A stretch of DNA of 59,820 bases from Bacilli bacterium (lineage in GTDB: Bacteria; Bacillota_I; Bacilli_A; RF39; UBA660). The stretch's first letter is position 1; every line of letters starts with the position of its first letter. The position numbers and the translations under genes are program-made. Shown here piece by piece: positions 38,320 to 48,495 of this stretch. Under the pieces are notes generated by a model. It ran no database searches and was not told the origin of the DNA. It was given only the letters and a program-made list of their open reading frames with translations. The stretch lies in the NCBI GenBank assembly GCA_051872535.1, contig JBJEDY010000023.1:1-59820 (forward strand), read 5' to 3'.

Positions 38320-39495
38320 TTACCGCTCCTTATTAATAATTAATAAATATTCATTTAACATTGTTTGAATATCAAATAATTCTTTAGCTTTCTCTAAATC
38401 GACACTAAAATTATTGCTATCAATTATTTCCTTTACAATCTGATAATTTCCTTGTTCAATAACCAATCCACATTTATCATCAAAGATACTTTCTTTACAT
38501 CCACCTGTATTATAAGTTATGACTGGAAGTCCACATAATAGTGCTTCAATATTAGTTGTTGGAAAATTATCATCGTATGTTGGATTAAAAAAGATATCAG
38601 CTGTAGAATATATTTCCACAAGTTTTTTAACATTCGTCGTCTTTTTTATTCCTAATATATTATCTGGCAATAGTGATATTTGTTTATCATTTAATCCAAC
38701 TAAGACTATAACCGTATCATTATTAATGATTTTCGATAATTTAAGAAAATCTTTAAAACCTTTTCTTTCATCCCAGGTACTTGCAACACCAAGAATTATT
38801 TTTTTATTTACTAAATTATTCTCTACTCTAAATTTACTATCAATAAAGTGAAAAATATTGCTATCTACACCATTATGAATTACTTTTGTGTTATAAGATT
38901 TTAAAAATGATCTATTTACGAGCTTTGCTAACCATTCACTTGGTGTAATAATTGTCATATTTACACCATTAAATAGCTCTTTCTTTTTTAAATAATTCTT
39001 TTTTGAATTATCCGTAAAACTACTAGGATAGTTTTTTAATTGTGGGCAATCATAGCATCCATATATCCATTTTTCACAGCCAATATAATCAAAATAAGCA
39101 CAATGTCCGGTAAATGACCAACAATCATGTAATGTCCATATAACTCTAATATTATTATTTTTAATATAATTAAATAGCATTTCAATGTTAATATAATAAC
39201 CATGAATATTGTGTAAAAGAATAATATCAGGTTTTATCTTTTTTAATTTTTCTATCAATTTGTTTGTTGATCGTTTTGAAGCAAAACCTGTTTTATCTGT
39301 AAATCTCGAATATATAACATGATAATAAACACCAAATTTATCATTCATATATATTTCTTTTGTTGTCTGTTCCTGTCTTCCACGACCCCAAACAACATAT
39401 GAATCAATTCCACTTTGTTCTAATTTTTGATGAATATTCATCATTATATTTCCTGTCGAAAAATTAGGAAAAATATTTATTTGAACCACTTTCAT
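38320..39495 (-). CDS. GT4-family glycosyltransferase
   Basis: 391 aa with a Cys-rich insert CWSFTGHCAYFDYIGCEKW..CYDCPQ and a C-terminal E..FP.TNIEALLCGLPVI motif. Confidence 0.8.
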   Translation of the reverse strand: MKVVQINIFPNFSTGNIMMNIHQKLEQSGIDSYVVWGRGRQEQTTKEIYMNDKFGVYYHVIYSRFTDKTGFASKRSTNKLIEKLKKIKPDIILLHNIHGYYINIEMLFNYIKNNNIRVIWTLHDCWSFTGHCAYFDYIGCEKWIYGCYDCPQLKNYPSSFTDNSKKNYLKKKELFNGVNMTIITPSEWLAKLVNRSFLKSYNTKVIHNGVDSNIFHFIDSKFRVENNLVNKKIILGVASTWDERKGFKDFLKLSKIINNDTVIVLVGLNDKQISLLPDNILGIKKTTNVKKLVEIYSTADIFFNPTYDDNFPTTNIEALLCGLPVITYNTGGCKESIFDDKCGLVIEQGNYQIVKEIIDSNNFSVDLEKAKELFDIQTMLNEYLLIINKER

Positions 39496-40037
39496 TTCAA
39501 ATCATTCTTTCTTACTACTTTGCCTGGATTCCCAACAATAACACTATTAGCTTCAAATTTACCACTAACAACTGACCCTGCTCCCACTACACAACCATCT
39601 TCTAATATAGTTCCTTTTAAAATAATAACATTACAACCGATAAAACAATTTTTCCCAATTATAACTGGTTTAACGCCAATCTTATCAGTATCATTTTTAT
39701 TTCTTGCATCTATTTCAATAGGATGAAAATCATTATCAATTATTTTTGCATTAGCTCCAATTAAAGTATTGTCACCAATACTTACATATTCTCTAGCATA
39801 AATAGTAGTTCCAGACATTCCTACATTATTACCAATTTTTATAACAGAATTAGGAGTTCTAGTAGTTATAATAGTTCTTTGATATAATCCAATTAAATTA
39901 GAAAAAATCGATGATTTTAAGATTACATTATCTCCCATTTCTATTTTACCTTTATTAACAATAACAGAAAATCCTTTTATTTTTAAATTTTTTCCATATT
40001 TTACTCTTTGCAGCAACATCATTAATTTAGTTATCAT
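39492..40037 (-). CDS. Left-handed beta-helix (hexapeptide-repeat) acetyltransferase
   Basis: Repeated [LIV]-G-x4 hexapeptides (IGDNTLIGANAKI, IGKNCFIGCNVIIL, VVGAGSVV). The ATG at 40037 follows AGGTGA. Confidence 0.85.
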   Translation of the reverse strand: MITKLMMLLQRVKYGKNLKIKGFSVIVNKGKIEMGDNVILKSSIFSNLIGLYQRTIITTRTPNSVIKIGNNVGMSGTTIYAREYVSIGDNTLIGANAKIIDNDFHPIEIDARNKNDTDKIGVKPVIIGKNCFIGCNVIILKGTILEDGCVVGAGSVVSGKFEANSVIVGNPGKVVRKNDLK

Positions 40038-41286
40038 TTTTATCACCTACTAATTTATTTATTTCATTCTGATATTTTTCAATTGATTTAGCTTTAGTTA
40101 AATAAGTATCTAAATATTTTCTTCCTGTTTCATGTTTTTTTACAAAAGAATATTTATTTTTCACAATTTCATCTAAACATTTCTCAATTTCTTTATAATT
40201 ACCTGGTTCTGTAACAATTCCACAATTAGAATTCACAATTATTTGGTAAGCTTCTGTACCTTCTTCTAAAATTCCAAATATTGGAACGTTAGTTGCTAAA
40301 CAACCATATATTTTACTCGGAACAGATACACCCTTTATTCCCATTGCATTTGTAACTAAATGAACATTTGCTGCATTTAAACTATATATTAAATCTTTTT
40401 TATCTTGATAAGGTATAAATACAACATTACTCATCTGATGACTTTGAACATATTCTTCTAATTTTGATTTAATTGCTCCTTCTCCAACTATTGCAAAGGA
40501 AATGTCTTGATTTTTTTTATATTTTTCTATAATTCTAATTAAATTTTCTAAATCATAATATAAACCGATATTTCCAGAATACATAATGACAAATTTATCA
40601 TCAATGTTATACTTTTTTCTAAATTCTGTAACTTTCTTATTAGTTTTTTCTAATGGATAAATCTCTTTATCATTCGTCCAATTATTTATTACAACATTAT
40701 TTGGTACATTTTTATTTTTAAATCGTTTTTTTAATGTTTCTTGCATATCTTTACCAACTGTTATAACTAAATTAGCTTTTTTGCATGTTTGTTTATCAAT
40801 AAACATCATTAATCTAATAATCAACTTGTTTTTAGAATAATTTACTGCCATAATTTGTTCTGGATTAAAATCTTGTACATTATAGATTAATTTTCCTTTT
40901 GTTATTATTTTCCCTATTCTTCCTAATATTCCACCTAAAATTGGAGGTTGAGAAATCGTATAAACAATGTCTTGTTTACCTACTTTAAAAGTAGCACCAA
41001 TAGAATTAAAAAAATATGATAAGATATGGGAAATACGACTTTTTTTATTGTTTTTATCAAAATCTTTTACCCTAACTCTAATGATTTTAATACCTTCAAA
41101 TTCCTCAAAATAATACTTTTTAGTTTTATATTTTGGTTCTATAACTCCAGTATAACAAGGTACTGAACATATCACAGTAATATCAAATTGATCTTTTAAA
41201 CCTAGACACAGCTCAGTTAAAATCTGAGCAGTTGAAGCAAATTCGGGATAAAAATAATTAGCATATAAAATTATTTTTTTCTTCAT
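40027..41286 (-). CDS. GT4-family glycosyltransferase (WbuB-like); first gene of the cps transcription unit
   Basis: 419 aa with KIILYANYFYPEFASTAQI at the N-terminus and a GT-B C-terminal EG...... motif. Confidence 0.85.
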   Translation of the reverse strand: MKKKIILYANYFYPEFASTAQILTELCLGLKDQFDITVICSVPCYTGVIEPKYKTKKYYFEEFEGIKIIRVRVKDFDKNNKKSRISHILSYFFNSIGATFKVGKQDIVYTISQPPILGGILGRIGKIITKGKLIYNVQDFNPEQIMAVNYSKNKLIIRLMMFIDKQTCKKANLVITVGKDMQETLKKRFKNKNVPNNVVINNWTNDKEIYPLEKTNKKVTEFRKKYNIDDKFVIMYSGNIGLYYDLENLIRIIEKYKKNQDISFAIVGEGAIKSKLEEYVQSHQMSNVVFIPYQDKKDLIYSLNAANVHLVTNAMGIKGVSVPSKIYGCLATNVPIFGILEEGTEAYQIIVNSNCGIVTEPGNYKEIEKCLDEIVKNKYSFVKKHETGRKYLDTYLTKAKSIEKYQNEINKLVGDKNDN

Positions 41287-41363
41287 TGTAAAACCACCTT
41301 TATTTCCATATCAAATATAAACAGCAAAACATAAGAAAAAAATGTATTATTGCTATTTATAAC

Positions 41364-41372
41364 ATTATAACA
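41364..41372 (-). promoter_or_regulatory. Extended -10 (TGTTATAAT) upstream of the cps glycosyltransferase block
   Basis: On the minus strand TGTTATAAT lies ~80 nt upstream of the ATG at 41286. Confidence 0.4.
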
Positions 41373-41433
41373 AAAATAAAGTTTATTTAATAGTATTTTC
41401 ACTCTTAGTAAAAACTTTTTATATTTTTTTTGC

Positions 41434-41469
41434 AAAAAAATATTTACTTACTTTTATGGTAAGCAAATA
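41434..41469 (-). terminator. spoIVB terminator
   Basis: On the minus strand TATTTGCTTAC.. pairs with GTAAGTAAATA and is followed by T8. Confidence 0.65.
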
Positions 41470-41473
41470 CTTT

Positions 41474-42445
41474 TTATTTTTCTCCTTCTTCTAACATTGT
41501 AACAATACTAATACCATATCCTGTTTTAACATCATCAATTATAACATGTGTCACAGCTCCAATTATTTTATTATTTTGAATAATAGGACTTCCACTCATT
41601 CCTTGAACTATTCCTCCAGTAGTTGAAAGTAACTCTTCGTCAGTAACTTCAAAGTAAAAGTTTTTAATCTTATTTTTAACGTCTATCCTTTTAATATCAA
41701 TTTCATATTCTTTAATTTCTTTACCTTGTAAAACCGTATAAATACTAGCTTTACCTAAAGAAACTTCACTAACATCAGCTATTTCTAAAACATCTTTTGC
41801 TGGCAAAGTATCTTGATAAATCCCAAATATCCCAAAACCAGTATTTTTAAAAACAGTACCTAAATTATTATCAAAACTAATTTTTGCTCTTTTAGAACCG
41901 GGATTACCGTCAAGACTTTTATTAATATTTAAAACAAAACTATCAAATATTGTTCCTGTTTTAACCTCAATCCTTTTATTTGTTGTACTCTCTAATATTT
42001 CATGTCCTAATGCTCCAAATACTTTTGTTTCTGGATCAATATAAGTTATAGTTCCAATTCCATTCAAACTATCTTTAACATATAAACCTGTCTTATATAC
42101 TCCATCAAATAAATTAACATTAATTTCATCATTATATTCTTTATTTTCTCTTAAATAAGTAATATTTACCTTATCGTTTTTAATATTTTTATCTATTGAG
42201 TTAACTAAATCATTAATAGAATTAATTTCGTTATTATTAACTTTAATTATACTATCTCCTGGTTCTAAAAATGAATTAATATACTTACCATTAACTTTAT
42301 AAAAACCAACTACCATTACCCCATTATTATGGACCTCAATACCTATGTTTTCACCACCAGGAATTACATATTTAGAATAAGCCATTACATCTAAAGGTAA
42401 TAGCATAATGACTAGTGCCATTAAACTCAAATACATTCTTTTCAT
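41474..42445 (-). CDS. spoIVB: SpoIVB signalling serine peptidase (S55) with a PDZ domain
   Basis: A signal anchor and a PDZ-like LEPGDSIIKVNN are present. Protease motifs are GIGTITYIDP, FGALGH and GMSGSPII..NKIIGAVTHV. Confidence 0.85.
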   Translation of the reverse strand: MKRMYLSLMALVIMLLPLDVMAYSKYVIPGGENIGIEVHNNGVMVVGFYKVNGKYINSFLEPGDSIIKVNNNEINSINDLVNSIDKNIKNDKVNITYLRENKEYNDEINVNLFDGVYKTGLYVKDSLNGIGTITYIDPETKVFGALGHEILESTTNKRIEVKTGTIFDSFVLNINKSLDGNPGSKRAKISFDNNLGTVFKNTGFGIFGIYQDTLPAKDVLEIADVSEVSLGKASIYTVLQGKEIKEYEIDIKRIDVKNKIKNFYFEVTDEELLSTTGGIVQGMSGSPIIQNNKIIGAVTHVIIDDVKTGYGISIVTMLEEGEK

Positions 42446-42512
42446 TATAAATCACCTATTTATAGTATTGATTATTATCATAAAAATACATATCCAATAA
42501 ATACCAAAAAAA

Positions 42513-42543
42513 AGAACAATATTATTATATTGAATCTTGTTCT
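42513..42543 (-). terminator. Possible terminator overlapping the end of the 99-aa ORF
   Basis: On the minus strand AGAACAA, a 17-nt loop, then TTGTTCT, followed by T7. The loop is large. Confidence 0.35.
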
Positions 42544-42824
42544 ATTTCTTTTAATCTTTTTTTTATCAATAAAATTAATTCTAATGGTCCACAAATTTTA
42601 TTAAGTACTATTAAACTATCTTGTAACTTTCTTTTTAAAGGTAAATCACTTAACACTCGTGCCTCTTCTAAATAATCAAAATTATTAATAGGATTTGTCG
42701 CAAGAAAATCTCTAATATAGTCTTCTATTTGTTTTAAAATATAGGAATTAGTATTAAATTCTTCCATTTCTAAAACCCCATAATATCCGCCAACTAATAA
42801 TCTAAAATGATCTACTAAAGTCAT
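42525..42824 (-). CDS. Hypothetical protein
   Basis: A 99-aa ORF translationally coupled to xseB (TAATG). No motif was recognised. Confidence 0.5.
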   Translation of the reverse strand: MTLVDHFRLLVGGYYGVLEMEEFNTNSYILKQIEDYIRDFLATNPINNFDYLEEARVLSDLPLKRKLQDSLIVLNKICGPLELILLIKKRLKEIEQDSI

Positions 42825-43057
42825 TATTCACCTTCAATGGAAAAATCTTCCAATTTACCATTTTCTTGTAAAATTTTATTAACTTTTTCAGTAGCATTAT
42901 TTAACTTATCACCACATATTTTGGCTAACTTCATTGCTTCACTATACTTTTCTATAGCTTTATCTAAGTCAACATTTCCTGCTTCTAACTCTTTAACAAT
43001 ATTTTCTAGTTCTGTTAAAGATTCTTCAAAAGTAAGTTCTTTTTCTTCTTTATTCAT
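42824..43057 (-). CDS. xseB: Exodeoxyribonuclease VII small subunit
   Basis: 77 aa with FEESLTELENIVKELE.G...LD.AI..Y. Confidence 0.9.
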   Translation of the reverse strand: MNKEEKELTFEESLTELENIVKELEAGNVDLDKAIEKYSEAMKLAKICGDKLNNATEKVNKILQENGKLEDFSIEGE

Positions 43058-44325
43058 TATTTATCACTCTTTTCTATTACTTTAGCAACAAAACTACCTT
43101 CATGTAGTTTTACATTAACATTTGTATTTAAATCAATATCTTTATAACTTTTAATTATTCTATCATTTACTTTAACCAAACTATAACCTTTACTTAAAAT
43201 ATTTAAAGGATTAACTAATTCCATTGTTTTAAGTATTAAACTATAACGATGTTTTTGTTCATCAAACATACTAATCGGATTATTAAGGATATAATTACTT
43301 TTGATAGTACTTAATCGTATTTGATATTGGTTTAACTTATTTGATATAAATTTATTCAACAAATCGATATAGCTATCTAATTTTTGTTCTTTAACTTCAT
43401 ACATACTCATTGGATTTTTAAGAACAAAACTATTAGTTAAATTTTCTAATTTATTTCTATTTTTATTAATTAAATTATTTAAATTTTCTTTTAATCTTAT
43501 CTGATATTGATTAATTAAATTATTTATATCAAATAAATTTGGTACAGCCATTTCAGCAGCTCCTGTTGGTGTTGGTGCTCTTAAATCAGCTACAAAGTCC
43601 GCAATAGTAAAATCTACTTCATGTCCTACAGCACTAATAACAGGTATACGTGAATTAAAAATTGCTCTTGCAACAATTTCTTCATTGAAAGCCCATAAAT
43701 CTTCAATTGAACCACCACCACGACCACAGATAATGACATCTAAATCAAATTCTTGAGCTCTTTCTAATTGTCTAACTATACTTTCTTTTGCTCCTTCTCC
43801 TTGTACTAAAGAAGGAAATAGAATTGTTTCACATATTGGATATCTTCTTTTAATGGTACTTAAAATATCTCTAATAGCAGCACCAGTACTTGCTGTAATA
43901 ATACCAATTTTTCTCGGATATCTAGGAATTTTTTTCTTATATATATCATCAAATAATCCTTCACTTGCTAATTTTTTCTTCAATTTTTCATATTCTAAAT
44001 ATAGATTTCCTATACCATCCAATTCCATTGTTTCAACATATATTTGATATCCACCATTAGCTTCATAAACTGTAACTCTACCAGATACCAAAACATTCAT
44101 TCCATCTTCTGGGACAAAAGTAATCTTTGAAGCTGCACTACTAAACATAACAGCTGATATTCTACTTGTTTCATCTTTTAAAGTAAAATATAAATGACCT
44201 CTTGTATGATGTTTAAAATTACTTATTTCACCTTTTATATAAATATTAGTTAATGCTGGTTCTCGATCAAACATATTCTTTATTGCTTTATTTAAAGCAG
44301 TAATACTGTAATATTTTATATCCAT
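43057..44325 (-). CDS. xseA: Exodeoxyribonuclease VII large subunit
   Basis: 422 aa with an OB-fold start (GEISNFKHH.RGHLYFTLKD), RGGGSIEDLWAFN and a coiled-coil tail. Confidence 0.95.
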   Translation of the reverse strand: MDIKYYSITALNKAIKNMFDREPALTNIYIKGEISNFKHHTRGHLYFTLKDETSRISAVMFSSAASKITFVPEDGMNVLVSGRVTVYEANGGYQIYVETMELDGIGNLYLEYEKLKKKLASEGLFDDIYKKKIPRYPRKIGIITASTGAAIRDILSTIKRRYPICETILFPSLVQGEGAKESIVRQLERAQEFDLDVIICGRGGGSIEDLWAFNEEIVARAIFNSRIPVISAVGHEVDFTIADFVADLRAPTPTGAAEMAVPNLFDINNLINQYQIRLKENLNNLINKNRNKLENLTNSFVLKNPMSMYEVKEQKLDSYIDLLNKFISNKLNQYQIRLSTIKSNYILNNPISMFDEQKHRYSLILKTMELVNPLNILSKGYSLVKVNDRIIKSYKDIDLNTNVNVKLHEGSFVAKVIEKSDK

Positions 44326-44339
44326 AATAACACCTAGAA

Positions 44340-44738
44340 TTACTCTTCGTTAATGATTTTATCTAAAACTGCATTTATAATCTTTCTTACATTATCATCA
44401 CTATATTTTTTAGCAAGTTCAACAGCTTCATTAATAACAACAATCTGTGGTGTATCCGTATATTTTATTTCGTATATTGCTATACGAAGAATTGCCGCTC
44501 CCGTTTTATCAATTCTTTCGATATTCCAATCTTTCATATACTTATTAGCAAGTTCGTCTATGATTCCTTCATAAGTAGTAACTCCATAAACGATGTCTCT
44601 AACAAATTCATTATCAATTTCTAAGTTATTTTCAATTAAATTTTCTACGTTCCAATCTACTTTACTTTTTTTCATAATATCCGCTTGATAAAGAATTACC
44701 ATTGCTTTTTCTCTTAATTCACTTCTAGTTATACCCAT
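44340..44738 (-). CDS. nusB: Transcription antitermination factor NusB
   Basis: 132 aa with R.ELREKAM..LYQ and ..AILRIAIYE.. motifs. The ATG follows GAGGTGA. Confidence 0.9.
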   Translation of the reverse strand: MGITRSELREKAMVILYQADIMKKSKVDWNVENLIENNLEIDNEFVRDIVYGVTTYEGIIDELANKYMKDWNIERIDKTGAAILRIAIYEIKYTDTPQIVVINEAVELAKKYSDDNVRKIINAVLDKIINEE

Positions 44739-44788
44739 ATGTGTCACCTCATAAAAAATTATACCAAAAAAAGTAGTATAAAACTACT

Positions 44789-45295
44789 TTATATTTGCAA
44801 TTTTTCCTTAATTTTATTAGGATTTGTAAACTTAAAATCTTTAACAACACTTAGAAACTTCAATTGTTTTTCTTTAGTTTCTAAAGACTCATCACTATTA
44901 AGAATTATATCTTTTGTAACTTTACTTTTATTATAGAAAATATCTAAATCCTTATCATTCGGGTCAAAACCATCAATTTTAACTCGACACCAAGCACCAA
45001 GTCCTTCCACATATTCATAAAACATATTTTTTATCTCATAGGAAGAAACATATCTTTCCAGCATTTTTAAATATACTAACTCATAAGAAAGAAGATCGCT
45101 ATTTTTATTATTTCTCGTATCTTTAATAATTATATCTTTTCCATTACATGTCTCAATAACAACTTCTTCGTTTCCTTTTTTAAATATTTTTATAATAATT
45201 CTTTCCTCATCATCAATATAATTTTTTAAAGCTACTCGATAAACATCATGATGCAATTTATCAGTTAAAAAGTAGAACTCATCTTCTTTATACAT
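44789..45295 (-). CDS. Hypothetical protein
   Basis: A 168-aa ORF whose start overlaps the mutS stop. No motif was recognised. Confidence 0.5.
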   Translation of the reverse strand: MYKEDEFYFLTDKLHHDVYRVALKNYIDDEERIIIKIFKKGNEEVVIETCNGKDIIIKDTRNNKNSDLLSYELVYLKMLERYVSSYEIKNMFYEYVEGLGAWCRVKIDGFDPNDKDLDIFYNKSKVTKDIILNSDESLETKEKQLKFLSVVKDFKFTNPNKIKEKLQI

Positions 45296-47835
45296 TACTT
45301 ATCCAGCTCTTTCATTTCATATAAAATATTTATTGCTTCCATAGGTGTAATTTTTAAAGGATCAGTTTCCCTTAATTTTTTCAACGCTTCACTTTCTTTA
45401 ACTTCTTCAACACTATCAAAATCAAATGAACATTGATAATTAATATCTGTATTTATTTTGTCTTTAGTTTCATAAATCTTAAGAATCTCGCTGCTTCTTT
45501 TAAGTAATTCCTTTGGCATTCCAGCCAATTTAGCAACATGAATTCCATAACTTTTGTCAACAGCACCATCTTGAACTTTATGTAAAAAAGTAACATTACC
45601 ATCTTTTTCTGAAGCTGCAACATGAACATTTTTAATACTAGAAAAATTATTTGATAAACTAGTAAGTTCATGATAATGTGTACTAAATAAAGTCTTGCAT
45701 TTAATATTATTGGAAATATATTCAAGTATTGCTTGAGCTAATGAAATACCATCATAAGTTGCTGTTCCTCGTCCTAATTCATCAAAAAGAATCAAACTAT
45801 TTTGAGTCGCATTACATATTGCATTTTTCGCTTCTTTCATTTCTACCATAAAAGTTGATTCTCCACTTACTAAATCATCACTTGCGCCAATTCTTGTGAA
45901 AATTTTATCAAATATTGGGATTTTACAACTTTTAGCCGGAACAAAAGATCCCATTTGAGCCAAAATAATTATAACAGCTAATTCACGCATATAAGTAGAT
46001 TTTCCACTCATATTAGGACCAGTAATTAAAAGGGTATCAATATCTTCATTCATCAAAACATCATTTGCAACATATTCAAACTTACATACTCTTTCAACTA
46101 CAGGATGTCTTCCTTCAATTATCTCAATTCTTCTATCATCTAACAATTGAGGTTTTACAAAATTATAATCTTCAGCAACAACAGCTAAACTAGTTATAGC
46201 ATCAAGTATTGAGATAATATCACTAGTTATCTTCAATTTAAATATTTGTTTCTTGATAGTTTCTTTAATTTCATTAAACAAGTTAAATTCCATCTCAATA
46301 ATTTTTTCTTCAGCGTTTAAAATTAAAGCTTCTTTTTCTTTTAATTCTTGACTTATATATCGTTCACAATTAGTAAGAGTCTGTCTTCTTTCATAACCAA
46401 AAGATGGGTCAACCAAATGAGTTTGTCCTTTACTAATTTCGATATAATAACCAAATACTTTGGTATAACCAACTTTTAACGTTTTAATACCTGTTCTTTG
46501 TCTTTCTTCTTCTTCTAAAGTCGATAAAAAGTCTTTTCCACCACTTCTAATAGATTTAAGTTCATCTAATTCTGTATTATAACCATCTTTTATCAAATAA
46601 CCTTCTTTTAATCCTAGAGGTGGATTTTCGTAAATAGCTTTTTCTAATAACTCATATAAATCATTAAAAGTATCAATTTCATAATCAAAACCAAGTTGTG
46701 TTACATATTCTTTAATACTAGGTAAGACACTTAAACTTCTTTTAATTTGTAATACATCTCTAGCATTCAGATTGCCACAAGTAACTTTTCCGCAAAGTCT
46801 TTCCAAATCATAAACTTCATTTAAAGCTCCACTTAATTTATCTCTTAAAATAAATTCATCATTTAATTTTGAAATCATATCGTAACGTTTTGTTATTTCC
46901 ATCTTATCTTTTAACGGATTCATTAACCACGTTTTAAGCTTACGACTACCCATAGCAGTACGACATTTATCCAATAACCATATTAAACTATAAGTTCTTT
47001 CTTTTAATCTTAATGTTTCAACAAGTTCCAGATTTCTAACAGTATGAACATCCATTAATAGATAACTATCTGGATTAACTATATTAACTTTATCAATGTG
47101 ATCAAGATTCTTAAGTTGTTTAACTACCAAATAATATAAAAGATGTTTGATTCCTGCTAAATAACGATAATCTTTAATATCTTTATAAATATCAACATAT
47201 TCATTCTCTAAATACTCTGTATTAATACTTATTTCAATTCCATAATTATTATGTAAAACATTAATAAGTTCAATATCAACCTCATCACTTAAAATAATTT
47301 CTTTTATACCTAAATTTAATATATTATTAAGTAATTTGTCCTTATTATATTCTATTTGCATTAAATTAAATTCTCCAGTAGAAATATCACTATAAGTAAG
47401 AATATACGAAGTTTTAAAATCTAAAACACTTCCAATATAATTATTATCATGTCCATTAAGCATTTCATAATCAACTATAGTCCCTTTACTAATAACTTGA
47501 GTAATACCTCTTTTAACAATACCTTTCGTATTTTTAGGATCTTCTAATTGCTCACATATTGCAACTTTATAGCCTTTACTAACTAATTTTTCAATATATG
47601 GTCTTACAGAATGAAAAGGCACTCCACACATTGGAACTCTTTCATCTAAACCAGCATTCTTACTAGTTAAAGTAAGTTCTAATTCCCTACTGCATATTTC
47701 TCCATCTTCAAAAAACAATTCGTAAAAGTCCCCTAAACGATAAAATAACATTTCATCTTGATGTTCTACTTTAATATCATAATATTGTTGCATCCCAGGG
47801 CTTAATTTTTCTCTATCTACTTCTAATAATTTCAT
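45295..47835 (-). CDS. mutS: DNA mismatch repair protein MutS
   Basis: 846 aa with the mismatch-binding start PGMQQYYDIK...FYRLGDFYELF, Walker A GPNMSGKST and STFMVEM. Confidence 0.95.
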   Translation of the reverse strand: MKLLEVDREKLSPGMQQYYDIKVEHQDEMLFYRLGDFYELFFEDGEICSRELELTLTSKNAGLDERVPMCGVPFHSVRPYIEKLVSKGYKVAICEQLEDPKNTKGIVKRGITQVISKGTIVDYEMLNGHDNNYIGSVLDFKTSYILTYSDISTGEFNLMQIEYNKDKLLNNILNLGIKEIILSDEVDIELINVLHNNYGIEISINTEYLENEYVDIYKDIKDYRYLAGIKHLLYYLVVKQLKNLDHIDKVNIVNPDSYLLMDVHTVRNLELVETLRLKERTYSLIWLLDKCRTAMGSRKLKTWLMNPLKDKMEITKRYDMISKLNDEFILRDKLSGALNEVYDLERLCGKVTCGNLNARDVLQIKRSLSVLPSIKEYVTQLGFDYEIDTFNDLYELLEKAIYENPPLGLKEGYLIKDGYNTELDELKSIRSGGKDFLSTLEEEERQRTGIKTLKVGYTKVFGYYIEISKGQTHLVDPSFGYERRQTLTNCERYISQELKEKEALILNAEEKIIEMEFNLFNEIKETIKKQIFKLKITSDIISILDAITSLAVVAEDYNFVKPQLLDDRRIEIIEGRHPVVERVCKFEYVANDVLMNEDIDTLLITGPNMSGKSTYMRELAVIIILAQMGSFVPAKSCKIPIFDKIFTRIGASDDLVSGESTFMVEMKEAKNAICNATQNSLILFDELGRGTATYDGISLAQAILEYISNNIKCKTLFSTHYHELTSLSNNFSSIKNVHVAASEKDGNVTFLHKVQDGAVDKSYGIHVAKLAGMPKELLKRSSEILKIYETKDKINTDINYQCSFDFDSVEEVKESEALKKLRETDPLKITPMEAINILYEMKELDK

Positions 47836-47859
47836 CCAACATCACAAGTAATAGTATAA

Positions 47860-47885
47860 CAAAAAAAGACCAGTTAAACTAGTCT
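47860..47885 (-). terminator. Terminator after the HD-domain gene
   Basis: On the minus strand AGACTAGT-TTA-ACTGGTCT is followed by T7. Confidence 0.6.
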
Positions 47886-47887
47886 AA

Positions 47888-48487
47888 TTATACTTTATGA
47901 GTTAATATTACTTTAATCTTTCGACCAATATACTTAGGTATTACAGCAACACTAGGTAATTCCAACATACTATTTCTCTTATCAATAGCAGTAATAATCC
48001 ATCCTTCTTTATATTTTGGTGGTTTTATTGTTAAAGGAAACATATGCTTTTCAATTGCATCAGTAATTCTTTTATCTTCTAAATGAGGAAAAAACTTAAC
48101 ATAATTTAAAGATGCCTCTTTTCCATGCGTAAATCCGTGTTTTTTAAATAAAGGTTTCTTTTTAGTTAATTCACTTAAATAACTTGTGTCTAATTCGGCC
48201 AGTTCAGGTGTATACAACCAAGCTTTTGGATAAAAATCATGCAATAATCCAGCTATAGCACATACTCTTTCTGATGCATGAAAATACTTTGCATATAAAA
48301 AAGAATAATAAGATACATAAACTGAATGTTCAAATACACTTTTGTTATGATGATGAGCAAATAGTTTTCTTTTTTGAAACTCAGGATGTAAAAGAATCTC
48401 TTCTACTATTCCATACCATTCATCAAAAAAAACATAATCACTCATTTTTAACTCATCTTTTATATTTTCTGTATAATATTTTTTCAT
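47888..48487 (-). CDS. HD-domain phosphohydrolase
   Basis: 199 aa with H..SVFEHS and GLLHDF metal-binding motifs. Confidence 0.65.
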   Translation of the reverse strand: MKKYYTENIKDELKMSDYVFFDEWYGIVEEILLHPEFQKRKLFAHHHNKSVFEHSVYVSYYSFLYAKYFHASERVCAIAGLLHDFYPKAWLYTPELAELDTSYLSELTKKKPLFKKHGFTHGKEASLNYVKFFPHLEDKRITDAIEKHMFPLTIKPPKYKEGWIITAIDKRNSMLELPSVAVIPKYIGRKIKVILTHKV

Positions 48488-48495
48488 TATTCTCC

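Noticed and set aside
45453-45725. 90-aa same-strand alternative-frame ORF inside mutS
   Set aside because: It is embedded in the conserved MutS ATPase region, has no RBS and has a Met/Leu-rich nonsense composition.
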